From assembly GCA_016748015.1 (NCBI GenBank), contig JAAOMT010000523.1, forward strand, positions 525,757 through 589,756: a stretch of 64,000 bases of DNA. The letters are read 5' to 3'. Source of the stretch: Geosiphon pyriformis uo1. Lineage: Eukaryota > Fungi > Glomeromycota. Position numbers and translations under genes: made by a program. The notes under the pieces were generated by a model, which saw only the letters and a program-made list of their open reading frames with translations, searched no databases and was not told where the DNA came from. Positions 38,201 through 52,400 of this stretch are shown here, piece by piece. The number at the start of each line of letters is the position of its first letter. Within the stretch, counting starts at the first letter, position 1.

Positions 38201-40298
38201 GTCTTTGTATATTATTGGTCAATAGTATAAATTTAGGGTTTTTTTGAGGATAACATCTTTGTTAAAGTGTTTTGTGGTTGGATTAGAATACATACTGTGT
38301 AATATAGTTTCCTTTTCATTGTTCTTTATAACTCATTGTGGAGTGGGACAGTTTCAGTGTTCTCATCAATATAGTTGGTTGTCTTAAATAAAATAATTTT
38401 GGGCTTGTTTTTGTATGGTACTTTGTTTATGTTAAGATAATATCTCTTTGAAACATAGTGTTAATAGATACTAATGTAGTCGTTAATAAGTGAGTGTGTT
38501 TATGGGTCTGGGATTAGGTTTGTGGCATCTTCAACAAACTGTTAGCATTGGTGTTCTTGGATTCTTCTTTGTAATAGACTTTAAGTGGGAATTGCTGCAA
38601 ATAAGTACTTCATCTTGCATATTTTTCTTTCAGTTATGGGTTATTGAGTAACCAAATAAGTCTTTTATGATCTGTATATAGATCAAATAGTTGACTGAGA
38701 TGGTGTTTCCACGTTTGTACTGTCCAATAGATGGCAAGACATTCTAGATCTATTGTGCTGTAGATTTTTTTAGCTGGATTTGTGCTATGACTAGCATATG
38801 TAATTGAATGTTCTCTGTCATCTGGTTTTATTTGTAACATGATGGCTCCTAGTGTGTTCTTTGAGGCATCTGTAGCAACAATGAAATGTTTAGTAAAATT
38901 GGAGTAGATTAATATTGGGGATGTAATCAATCACTGCTTAAGATAGTTGAAGACTTTTTGTTGATCTTTCTTTTACAGATATGGCACATATTTGAACAAC
39001 AAGTGGTGAAGAAGTTTTGCAATAGCTGAAATCCCTTTGACAAATTGGCAGTAGTATTTTGTCAATCCTAAAAATTCTTATAACTTTTGAAAGTTGATTG
39101 GAGCTGAGAAATCTTTAACTTTTTGGATCTTATCTAGATTGGATTTGACTCTGTCTTTGCTAATTACATGTTCTAGGAATTTCAACTTGGTTTTCCCAAA
39201 GAAACATTTCTTAGGATTGAGTTTTAATCTGGCATTTTAAAGGCATTCAAAGACTTGTTAAAGATGGAGCAAATAATCATCAAATGTTTTAGAGAATATG
39301 TTTGTGTTATTTAAATAAACTATAACTGATTTCCAAAAAATTTCTTTGTACACAGCATCTATAAAACATTAGAATGTGGCAAGAACATTGCAGAGTCTAA
39401 AAAGCATTACATTGAACTTGAAGTTTCTATCTTGAGTGGTAAATACTGTTTTTCCTTTATCTTTTGGATCCATTTCGACTTGTTAATATCTGCTGGCTAG
39501 GTCTAATAATAAAAACCATTTCTTTTTTCCTAGATTGTTCAAGATTTTTTGGATGAAGGAAGTGAGATAACTATCTTCTTGGGTAACACTATTTAATTTT
39601 TGGTAATCTATGCAAAATTATATCTTTCCATTTTTCTTAGTGACCAAGACTATTGGGAAAGACCAAGAGCTTAATTATTTCTTAATTAAGCTGTTATTAA
39701 GTATTCATTGGACTTCTTGTTTGATAAGATTGTCACCAGATAGAAGTATTTAGTAAGCCTATTGTTTAATAGATTGAATGTTTCCCATATTAATCTGATG
39801 CTTTACAATGTTGGTATGTTCAAACTCATTTTCACTTGCAAAGACATCAGCATATTAATTTAAAAAAATCTTGAGTTGTATTTGCTGCAAAATACTTAAG
39901 TTTCCAAGATTCAATTTATTGATCTCTTCTAACATTAACAAGTAACTTTTTTTTGGCAAGTTTTATACTTATAAGGTAATATTGCAAAATAAGAATAGCT
40001 GTGCAAAATCTGGAATGGGCTGGGGTTTTTCAGAATATTGGATGTCTGGTGAGATGAAACCAATGAAAGTCTCTTCAGAGATTTCAATTACACCTTTATG
40101 GGGTTGTGGATGGGGATTTTGAAGTGTTTATAAACTTTAATCAGTAGATATAAGTTAGTAACATCAGCTAGGGAACAGATTTCAGGTTCAGCTTCAAATA
40201 ACAGGGCTTAATCTTGGATTTTTTGATTCATCTTGAGGATGTATTGTCAATAAGAAGGGATGGAAATAACTGTGTTGGTATAAATAAGTTTTATCTGG
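35263..40298 (-). mobile_element. Family C element, 3' part: 3' LTR 35263-36304, PPT, ORF3, integrase, RNase H, RT; cut at 40299
   Basis: ORFs 36807-37049 (ORF3), 37169-37441 (IN C-terminus) and 38634-38930 (RNase H, ATDAS). Confidence 0.88.
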
Positions 40299-43200
40299 TA
40301 TTACAGGTGATTATTTGGGGTCTCAAATCAAATAACAAACCCGTAACTTGGTGCTGGATTGATATTTTGGCATTGATTTCTGAAGATTCTGTTGATTTGA
40401 AGGTTTTGTTGTGGAGATCTTTGTATAATAGACAGAGATTCAGTTGTTGTTTTAGTAGCCTCCTGGAATCACAATTCTGTCGAATTTTTTTTTAGTGTGG
40501 TAGCTGGTAATTCTCTTGGTAAGCTATTCTTAAATCTATGAGTGTTCTATCCTTGTTTTATGGGTTTTTTACCAGTCTCTATGACATCTGTATTCCAGTG
40601 CTTAATTTTTTAATCAATTAGTAAATAATATCAAAGAAAATAAAAAAAAATAAAAAATAAGAAATAAGCCAAGGCAATAATGGTTAGTATCCTGTCAATA
40701 ACCATGATCAAAAGCTATTGTTCTAGTGTGATTAAGTATCAATTACTATCAACATAAAGTGTTGATAGTAGAGAGTAGATTTGAGATAAAAAATAATTAT
40801 TTATTGATATTTGTGAGTTAAAAAATCACTTAGATCAAATTTAAACTGAGAGGTCTGTTTTTTTTTATTTTTAATGCTACCACTATATATACATAATTGA
40901 AATTTCTCAATTCCTCAATACTTTACACCAGAAATTCTAGAATTTCTGGAATTTTGCAATTCTTTTGAGAAAAATTTTGGAATTCTGGAATCCTGCAATT
41001 CTTTGTATAAGAATCTTGAAATTCCTGAAATTCTGCAATTTCTCTGAAAAAAATCCTGAAATTCCATATTTTACTACAGTTACTTCTGATTGACTAATTT
41101 ATATGTTAATTTACTTTCTATATTCTATAAGTAACATTATTTTCTTCTCTTTAATATTAAGCTCCATCAAGATCTCCTAATTCTAATTCTCTGTCTTTAA
41201 GTATTTTTTGAACTTTTTTTCAAGAATTACTTGTGCTATCTTGTTCTGTAATTTTTCAAATTAAATATTTGTTATTTTTCCCATTTGGTTAATGGTAATG
41301 AAGTTTATTTCTGGATTGAGTAAGATTTCTGAAATTCAGTGTGTAGCCAATAAATGGCTTTTGCTTGTATGGTTAAATTGTTCTTCCTCATAAATTGTTT
41401 CAGTTGTTGCAGTATTGTTGTGTCAAATAATTATTTTGTCTTATTCATATACAAGCTCTGAATGTTCAAGTGTCATCCCAAATAAAAGTAACAAAAGTTT
41501 TTTGGAAATTGTTGTATCTACCAATTCCAAGTTTCTATAGTCAATTCTTGATATTGGGTGATTTTTGATTGTGTTTCTATTGCCAATTTTACTTTTGTAA
41601 TTATTTTGTTCATAGTATTCTCTGTTTTTCTCTGTATTTTATTTTATGGTTTTTTTCTGGTGTTTGTGTATTTGATAGTTTGTTGGTTGATTGTGATTTC
41701 CATCTCTTGTTGTTGTATTAGTTAAAAAAATTGTTGTGCTAGTGAGTGAATGTTGTTAGTAATCTCCATTTTTCTGCTGTTTTTTTATTGCATATCCTGT
41801 GTTTTTATATATTTTTTTGGTTGTTCAATTTTATGTGTTTGGTTCAATGATTATAATTGGTTTTAGATCTTGTGAAATTTTATCTGGTTTGACTAGTATT
41901 CTTTGTACTCCTAATTGTGGAATATTAATGATAGATAATAATACTATATGGTGATATTGTTTTAGTTAATTACCATATGCTGCTTTGGTTAAGATTTTGT
42001 TGTTTAACTTTAATTTATAAGCTTCATTTCTAAGAATTTCTTCTATGTAAAATGGTCTGTCCCATTTGGGGTCAAATTTTTCATTCCATTATTTTTCTGC
42101 TTTAGTACAATATAAAAGTACTTTGTCTCCAATATTGAATTCAACTGGTTTCTCTAGTAGTTGGTTATTATGTATTTTTTTTTGTTTTTTTTGTGACTTT
42201 TGGATGTTATCAGCTGCTCTTCACTGTGTGTTTTCTAGTGTCTTCATTAAGTCATATGTTCTTTTTAACAATGTTCTTTAAAAATTCTCTTCTGTTATTA
42301 ATTCTGTTGAATATGTCTTGACTTCTATTTTAACTGATAATATTGCAGTTCTACTGTATATTAATTCAAATGGTGTTGTTTGTGTAGTGTTTTGTTTTAT
42401 TGTCCAATAAGCAAATAATATTAATGGTATAATTAAATTCTATTTGTCCTGGTTTTCTTGGCTGATTTTTTTAATAGCTTCACACAATGTTCTATTAAAC
42501 CTTTCAACTAACTCATTTGTTTATAGATAGTATAATAATGATAATGGTCTTTTTATTTCAAATCTTTGACTTAATTCTGCCAATGTTCTATTTACAAAGT
42601 GAGTTTTTTGATCTGATAGTAGTTCTTTTGGACATTTGTGTCAACAGATCAAATCTTGATGAATGAATTCAGCAATAGATTCTGCATTTGCTCTTTGAAT
42701 GGCTTTTGCTTCTGGCCATTTAGTGATATAGTTTATGGCTACTGCAATATATTTGTTGTCTCTGCTGGTTATTGTTAATAGTTCGACTAAGTCAATTCCA
42801 ATACAATCAAATAGTTGTCCCACTTTGATTGGTCTCAATAGTTCACTGGGTTTTGTTCCACTTTTTCTTTGACAAGCATTACAATTTTGAACATATTGAA
42901 TAATGTCCAGATATATTGATGGCCAATAGTATCTTTTTCTGGTTTTTTCTATGGTTGCTTTTTTGTGAAAATGTCCTGCTGTTGGGTCTGAATACATGTT
43001 GAATAATATTGTCTCTTTTTTTAGTTTTGTGATTACTCTGGTTGATTGATCTAGATTTTTTTTGTTCTTTTAGTAAAGTATATTTTGATGGTTGATAAAA
43101 TATTTTGATTGCTGTTTTATATTGTTTTGTTCTTTTTGAGATAATTTCTTCTTGAACAATTGGATATTTATATAATATTAGAGTTGTTGGTATTTTTGTA

Positions 43201-46083
43201 TATTCATGTTTTGTTATATTTTTGGGTTTAAAATGTTTTTAGATTTGTTTTATTTGTAACAATCTGTCAGCATTTCTGTTTTCTTTTCTTTTTTTATAAT
43301 GTACTGTATAATTAAATAGTGAAAGTTCTATTTTTCATCTAACATGACAATTATCTACAAATTCTTGTTTCTGAATTGAAATCAATCCTTTGTGATTGGT
43401 ATATGCATCAAACTTTTAACTCAAGTATTTTTTCTATTTAATAACAGTCCAATAGATAGCTAAGTGTTCCAGTACTGGAGTTTTATAGTTTTTTTCTGCT
43501 GGACTTAAGCTTCTACTGACATAAGCTACTGGATGTTCTCTTCTATTTAGTTCTTTCTGCAATAGTACTACTTCCAATGCTTGGTCTGATGTATTAGTGG
43601 TGATGATAAATGGTTTGCTGTGATTTGAATACATCAACACTGGAGCTTGAATAAGCTTTCTTTTCATTGTGTTGAATGCTTTTTGTTGAGCTTTTGTCCA
43701 TTTATATTTTACATTCTTAGTTTGTAAATGATGAAGTAGCTGAGCCAGTTTAGAAAAGTTTTTAATAAAATGGTAATAATATCCAGCAAATTCTAAGAAG
43801 CTCTTAGTTCTGTCAAGTTGGTTGGTATTAAAAAATTCTTTACTATTGTGATCTTATCTGGATTCATTTTGATACCATCTTTGCTTACAACATGTCCCAA
43901 AAACTTGAGTTCTGTTTTTCCAAAGAAGTATTTGTTGGCATTTAGTTTCAATTCTGCTTGTCTAAGTCTTTCAAATACTTGTTGGAGATAATACAAATAA
44001 TCATCAAATGTTTTTGAGAACATATTGGTGTTATCTAAGTATACGATTACTGATTTCTATAGTAGTCCAGTATAGACAATTTCCATAAGTCTTTGGAAAG
44101 TGGCTGGAGTATTTATCAAGCCAAATAGCATAACTTTGAATTCAAAATTCTTTTTTCATGTTGTAAAAACTGTTTTCTCTTTATCTTCTAGTTTCATGGC
44201 TACCTACCAATAACTGCTGTCTAAGTCCAAAGTTGAGAACCATTTTTTTCCTCCAAAAGCATCAAACAGTTCTTGGATCTTTGAAATTGGGTAACTATCT
44301 CCTTTTGTTACTCCATTCAGTTTTCAGTAATCCACACAAAAGTGGATTTTTCTATTTTTCTTATGGACTAGTACCATTGGTAATGACTATGGACTCATTG
44401 ATGGCTGAATTAGCCTGTTGTCAAACATCTGATTGATTTCTTAACAAATAATCTTATGGCTAGCTAGTGGTATTCTGTATGCTCTCTGTTTAATTGGCAT
44501 TGCATCTCCAGTTTTGATTTAATGTTAGATGATGTTAGTTCTGCCAAATTTGTTTTCACTGGCAAAGATGTTATTGAAATTGTTGAGTAGTATTTTAAGT
44601 TGCATATGTTATAATGAGTCCTAAATTTTCCAAGTTCATCTGTTCCAATTGTTTTGGTTAAAGCAGATAACATTTTTTTCGTCCATATATAATTTAAGAT
44701 GTGATATCTACATATCTACACAATTATAAAAAGTCTAGAATAGTATTTGGCAGTTGGTCTTCAATTTTGGTGGTTAAGTATCCAATAGTAGTTCTTTTTG
44801 GTATCTTGATGACATTTCCTGTGTTGTTGTAAATGGTGATTTTGATGTAACTGTAGTTCTTGACTGGTATGTGTAGATTGACTAATCCAATTTCTCCTAA
44901 TTCACAAAGTGTTACTTCTGCCTTAAAAATCTGAGCTTGGTCTTTTATTTTTCTTTTTATAACTATTATGTACTGGTCATATGATGAAATGGAAATTGGT
45001 TGATAAGTGAAGATAATTTTTCCCTTGTCAATAATCTCTTCTTCTGCCATATTGACTAGTATATTTATTCTATCCATTAATTTGAATTCTTGTATCTCTC
45101 TTGTTGTTATCCCTAATTCTTCTTTGTTTTCCACTAATACTAATTAAGCTATTTTAACCAGAGACAGGAATATTGCCTATGTTATCTTTTTGTTTAGATC
45201 TATAATATATGTCTTTTCTGAGTTATTTTGTAGCATGGCAATGATATTTCCTACATATTTTGCATCAATTATTTCTCCCTTGATGTTGATTCCTTTTTTG
45301 GCTAAGCTACTCCTAAATACTAACTAAACTATTGTTGTTATTAGAATTTCCAGTGCTATTTTGAGATCAATGCAGGTGCATGAATGGGGTTCCAATTTGA
45401 TGAGATCTTTTCTCAGATATCTTAGATCAAACTCTACATTAGTATTATGCACACGTTTTGGCATAATAGTTTCATTATTATCACTAAACCATTTAAGTTT
45501 CTGTTTCTTAGTGAGATTAGGAAGTGCGATGTATGTTTTGGCACTTGAATCAGAGTTTGAATTATCATAACTTTTGTGGTCATTTGGAACAGAGTTGGAA
45601 CTATTATTTTTGTCATTATCATTGTCAGAGTTTGAATCAGAATTGAAAGTTGATTTTGATTTTAATGTGCAGCTGCTGATTGGTTCTTCTTCTTCCAAGA
45701 TTGTGTAGATCATGCATGTTAAATTGTAAATGAGGTCACATTCATTACAATATTGGAAGTCATATGGAATCAAACAATGGTCATATAGTCTTGTGTTTAT
45801 TTCTTTTAAACATTGTTCTTGCTCTTTTCTTGTTGGTGCTAAGTTTTAATAGTGCTCATGAAACTCTTCTGGACTTGTTTCTATGTTGAGAAAAACATCT
45901 GGATTTGGGATAAGTATGATGTCAACTGGTTTTGGGGGATTATTCTTAATTTCTAGAATTTTGCTGGGTATGGTTCCTTTGACTTTGGCATTTGCCATTT
46001 TCCAGATTTCATCTTTGTCATGTGAGTAGCCATTCAAGCAGGTTATTGCTTGGTGCCAGGCTGCAGTAATAGGAGTACTATGA
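40299..46083 (-). mobile_element. Family B element, 3' part: 3' LTR 40299-41136, ORF3, IN, RH, RT, dUTPase, Cys-rich region; cut at 46084
   Basis: ORFs at 42641, 43434, 43793, 44724 and 45324 are colinear with the element at 24409-34477. Confidence 0.9.
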
Positions 46084-48456
46084 TGTTATGGTTTAAGAAT
46101 TTAGCAAAAGAATTATAAAAATAATATAAACTATTCAATTATAATATAGCACAGTAATAATTTTAGAAAGGTAATAATTAACATAGTAGCAAAACATCAT
46201 CTCGTAATAGTGGCAAGCACCAGTTCACAATAGCAGCCAACACCAATTGGTCATAGCAGCAAACATCAGGTTAAAATATCAAAAAAAAAGCATTACAATG
46301 TGTTTTTTTGTAGAACTACAAACATGTATATATATAGTAGCTTTAATATTGAGAAAAGTTAATTAAGTAATAAAAATCATAACTCATCAAGCAATAGATC
46401 CAATTTATTCAACAAACTCCACTTAAATCATACCTTTAAATTAAATATCCCAAAAAATCTTTAAATCAAAAAGAAATGAAAAAAAATATTTAAAACTGAA
46501 TTATCACAACCCCAAAGTAGTAAGAAACTTACTTGTGTTAATTATTAAATAAAACTATCATTCATCAGTTGAATCCTTTGAAAGAATAATCCCTGATCAA
46601 GATTATTCACGTTGTTACTAATTGATAAAAGCTTTATTGTGAAAATTAAAAAAAGCACTAAAAGCCATTAACATTCTGTGTTTTTAAATTAGAGAAACAC
46701 ATCAGGCAATTGCAAGGATAGCCTCAAAGAAAACCCCAGACAGTGGGTAAATTTCAGTTCAGCCTCTAAAAAGGATTACATAAACATACACAACAATCAG
46801 GAATTGAGAAATAACTTACATCATGACATTAAAGAGAAAGCCTTCAGTATAACAGTAACATTATCACACAAATAGAATTGAGGAACTCATAAGAGACTGA
46901 TTGCAATTAAGATGGGATATCAGCAATTAAATATACTAAGAAAACCATTTCGTAACATTTGGTGAATCTTATGAGGAAAGAAAATTAAAAAAGAAATAAT
47001 AATTAGCAATAATTCATTGCTAAAAAAGAAAAGACAAAAGTGGTAACAAAAACTTCTAATCTTACTGTTCTTGAATTCTGCTATGCTATTTACACACAAA
47101 ATCAAAGTGATCTTAGATTACCAGAAGGGTGTTGTCCAGCAGAATCTGCCCTCACTTATTATATCAATGCCAGAATAAATTATTATATAGGAAAAGAAGA
47201 AGAACTACACGACGCAAAACTTGAATTGTATAGAGAATTATCACAATATACTACAAAGAAAGTAGCAGTAATAGCCACAACTATTGTCAAAATCCATTGA
47301 GAAATTGAGCAATATGCCAATGAAAATTTTCTAATATCCACAGGAAACACTAGGGAACATGCCAACAAAACCAAAGAAAATTTAGAAACTAATCAGAAAA
47401 GTAACCAGCAAAAACTAGGAACATCTGCTCAAACACCAAAGAAAACTGTTACTCAATTAATAAAAAAACAATGTATTTATTCACCAGAAAATAAATCATA
47501 CCATTTTTTACCAGAAAATAAAATACAAATTCTATTAGGAGCTGCATCATCATCAACATTAACTTCACAAATGTCAAGAACTCCTAGTTATACTGATAAA
47601 ATTAAACAATGTAACTGGAGAAACATACCAATTACAGAAAAATATTCATTGTTATTCCAAAACTCTCTTTTTCAGCCAAAATTTGGAACAGGTTTTGAAA
47701 ACCATGAAGAAAAGTCTGAATCAGAATCCGAAAAAGAGACCAGCAAAAAAACAATTACAAGACCAGTTATTGGAACAAGCAGCCAGTCCAGAAACTAAAA
47801 AACTTATAATCAAGAAGAAGAACCGAATATAAGGAAAGCCACCTTTAAAAATGCTCAAGGAAATATCATTCTACTTCCTTTTAGACCAATAAGTCCACCA
47901 GCAGAAAATGGTGACAAAATGATCACACCATATATTACAAGACTAACAGATTTTTCAAAAGAGGAAGAAGAAACGGACATGCACACATAGTTCAGAGAAG
48001 TGCAAAAAGCCATCCAGGCAAATAACTGGAGTGACCAAAGAGCAATTCAAACATTATCTTTCTTCCTGAAAGGCACAGTCGACTTGTAGTATCAAAGCCT
48101 GAAAACAAAACCCATGAGCTTCACTGAATTTAAAAATGCACTCCTGAAGTATTTTAGCAACCCAAACACCATAATCCAACTACAGAATGAATTCAATACT
48201 ATCAAGCAAAGTACTGGTAAAACTGTCACCCAATACCTTGCTCGATTCAATTGAATTTGCCATCAGATTGAAGTGATTGAACAAGGATACTACATTGATT
48301 TTCAGGTTTTAAATCAGTTTATTAGAGGATTAAAAAGCGGCATTTTAGGAAGAATATGCCCTGCCCACCCTAATTCTTTACCAGAAGCCATTACACTTGC
48401 CAGAGCTCTTGAATCAGCTGAGAAAGAAGCTAACCATAGTCAAATAATTAACATAG
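46084..48456 (+). mobile_element. Family D element, 5' part: LTR 46084-46957, PBS (TGGTGAATC...), gag from GTG 47040; interrupted by family A
   Basis: CGTAACA-TT-TGG junction; capsid-like QVLNQFIRGLKS...PEAITLARALE. Confidence 0.88.
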
Positions 48457-49484
48457 TGTTATCAGTAGAATTTTAGCTATTAATTAGCAGGAAAATTACC
48501 CTTATAATTCCTATAATTAATTAGTATATTAATATCATTCCAAATTATCATTTATTATTTAATCAATTATCACATATCACGATTTAATTAAATAATCCAA
48601 TTAGTATAACAGAAAGTAAAATGATCAAATTACACAATACCCTGAACTTTGTAACATTCAAAAATTCGCCAAAATTTACAAAAATTCGCCGAAATCTATA
48701 AGAAATTCGCCGAAATTATGAATAGTTCACCCAAATTAATCAATAGTTCAGCAAAATAACTTGTAGTCCATCAAAATGTATCTTTAGTTTGCCAAAATTT
48801 GAGCAAAGAGAAAAAGTGCAAGTTCATAGACTAATACTACAACAAGTTGTAAAAAAGAAGAGCTTTTTTCTTCAAGAAAATGTATCTTACTTTAGATTTA
48901 TCACTTAGAACCATTCCTACACACACAAAAAGAAATAAATATCAAATAATTCGAAAAACCAAATTCTTTAATTATTGTACTTGGAAAATCCCCAAAACCC
49001 AATTAACGTTTTGAAATTGATTAGCTACCAATTTCAGTAAACTGTTAGTGACTCCAGGCCTGTATAGAAAACGTTTCTCTTAACAGAATTCAATTTCTTT
49101 TACTTTTCTTTTATTTTCTTATTATAATAATTAGGATAGCCTACAGACAAGATTCTTATAGAAGAGTTGACTTTCACAACAAAGTAACTACACATTTTTA
49201 GTAAGCTTCCAGACGAGCAATTTTTGGGAAAGAGTTGACATTTACTATAACATAACTACATAAAATAACTGGCAAAAAATTGGTCATTCTACTTAGAAGC
49301 CCAGCAGTTCAAATTATAGGAGATAATTTGAAGATAAATTCAGTTACTGGAGGTCCAACTACTTCCTGGAAACGTGAATTCATAGCAAATTAACATTAAC
49401 AACATTCAAGAAAAGAGACCAAAAACCACCAGTAAGATTTGGTGCTCTTTCACGGAAATAACACAGCAAACAACAAACTTCAAA

Positions 49485-52400
49485 GTGGCAACCACACCAG
49501 ACACAACAATTCTAGAGTATTATCAGTTAATTTACACCCATTGCAAGCAGAGATTTAACATCCCAGACAGAATTGAAATTGTTGAAAGAACACTCTACCA
49601 ATATATTAAAAACTGTATTAACAATTATCTTCTTGGAAATTACAACATTTCAGAAGTTAGAAGCAATCTTTACAATAATCTAGTGCACTATTCACAATTA
49701 AGAACTGAAGATCTTAACAGTGAAACACTTGCCATCTACTTTCAAGAACTCAATTACAACATTATCAAGTATTGTGAAGAAAAATACCCAGTACAGTCTA
49801 AATACTCTCTTGACTTTGAATCAGAAACAGAAACAGACAACAAAGGCAAACAAAAAGTGAAACAACACTCAAAAACTGCTCCAAACACTCCAATACTACC
49901 AAAGACAACTGCCAAACACTTGCAAACACCTGAACAAGAAACAAGTGTCAAATTACCACTTTCTATTACACCATTTCCAATTTCACTTGCTCGACCACAA
50001 ACACCAAATTCATCACTTAACCATTTTTTCAGACCAGAAGATTTTCAGTCACCTAGAAATCCTACTTAACAGCAGAAACCTATATTAACAAGCACTAATA
50101 TTATTGAATACTTGCAGAAAAACGAAAGTGATCATTCAGAAAATTTGGAAAGTGAAGAAACTGAATCAGAACAAGGAGAAGCCACAGAAAATAAAAAGGA
50201 AATAACAACTGCTTACATTGCAAAAATTCCAGAATTCACTGGTGAAGACAATAATACCAGTCCTCAAGAATGGCTTGACAAAGTTCAAAAAGCAGGAGAT
50301 ACAAATGGTTGGATTGCAGCAAGAATGCTCAAAGCAATTCTCTACATTCTCCAAGGAACAGCAGAAGAATGGTTTGAAAATTTAGAAGAACCATTTGAAA
50401 ACTGGCAAGTATTCAAAGATGCTTTTCTACAACAATTCACCGACAACAATATCTCTATCACTCTCAGAAATTGCTTTTGCAATATCAAACAAGAAACATC
50501 TGAAACTGTTATGACTTATCTTGGAAGATTTAACAAACTTCTCAGATGAATCCAACAATTGAAAACCAATGACTACTATTCTGATGCTCAAATTCTGAAT
50601 TAGTTTATAGCAGAGTTAAAAGACAAACTGATTAAGAAAGTCTGTCCACATGCTCCAGCAGACTTAGCAACTGCTATTAGACATGTAAAAAGCTATAAAA
50701 TAGCAATGGAAGAAGCAAATCACAGCAAACTTGTAAACTTTACAATTAGAGAAACCAGTTCAGCAGCTGAGAAGAAGATAGACCAACTCACAAAAAAGGT
50801 TCAAAGCTACTTCACAAACCAACAATAACAGCAACAACAACCACAAAGATATCAACCCCTACAATGATGCAACCAAAACAATTTTGGATCACCATCCAAC
50901 AACCAACCTCAAAATTGTCATTATTGTGGAATTCCAGGACACTGGAAACAAGATTGTAGAAAATTACAAAGAGACCAACAAAACAGAAGTAATCAATGTT
51001 ACTCTTCACCACAACAATTTTATTACCAATCTCCCCCACCAACTTATTATTTACCAAGACCACAAAATCAAAACAGTTACTATCTACCAGCTCTACAACC
51101 AATGCAGCAACAATATCAGCAACTTTTACCAATTCAGCCATATCAGACACCACCCACTCAACAATATCAAGTACCAGCAAGAAGATTGATTTAACATAAC
51201 CAATTTACACTCCAAAATCAATTGCAGAGTAACAACAACAGAATCAATCCAAATAACCAGTTGGTTCCCCGAAATTCTGGTCAGCAAAGACCCAATTACT
51301 ATCACACTCAATCCAGTTATCTTACAATACCAGAGGAATCAGATTTTCAACAAACTGCACTTTCTGAAGGTAAAGTTGCAGCACCAAGATCAAACCCTTC
51401 CAACCACAACATTCTACCAGCTCAAATTGCCCAAAATGCCAATTTGTCAGATATATTTCTATTTGAATTTGAAGCAAATAAATCACCATTTCTGTTTAAT
51501 AATACAGCAGTTAATCAACAGAAAGCAATTACTGCTATGTACACAGAAGCTATAGTGGAAAGAAAACTCATTCGCTTAATCTTAGATAGTAGATCGGCTG
51601 GAAGTATCATTACTTACCAGCTGATACAACAACTCAAACGAAATGTAAACAGACCAGCTCAAACAGTTATTGTCACAGCTGATGATATGAAGAAGACTCC
51701 AGTAAGAGAAATTGATAATTTCCTCTTTTCAATTGATGGAATCACCATTCCAGTTAAAGTTCTTGTTATGGATGCACCCCAATACTAAGCTCTAGTCAGA
51801 AATAATTGGCTTCTTAAGGCCAATGCAAACCTGAACTGGGAAATTCAAGAACTTAAAATTTTATATCAAGAACAATATACCATAGTACCTGCAACTTATG
51901 GTACCTTTAACAAATGATCAGAAAAAGCTCTAATATTTGAATTTGAAGAAGAAAAAGAAATGCCACTTACTGAAACCTACATGGCTCTTGGATCACCATC
52001 CAATTGGGCTGAGGAAACAGAACCAGAGATTTTCGAAGAATCAAGAAGATGAAAGAAAGTTAGATATTCTACACCAGAATCACGAAAAGAACCACCATAC
52101 ATTCCACTAAAATGCAAAGATTGCAAAAAGAAGCTTTCATCTATGGGAGCCTGTATTTCCCCAGAAAAGGAATACAAAACTCACACTTGCTACTTCTGCA
52201 AGGCATGCCATAAAGAATAATTTGGATTCCCAAAGAGAAGTGGAAAATGGGACAAAACTCCTTGTCTTACTTGTGGAGAAAGACTACCAGAAGAATGCAA
52301 TTGGATTGATGTAGCAATGAGAGGAGGAGTATGTAATTAAACCTGTCAATATGCTCTATCAATTTCGGAAAAAGTCAGAAGAAAAACACTATTTGATGCA

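Noticed and set aside
50812-51189. Recurrent antisense and alternative-frame ORFs over the Gln/Pro-rich gag tail (also 14530-14763 and 63294-63758)
   Set aside because: Expected shadows of low-complexity CAA/CCA-rich coding sequence; no independent motifs.
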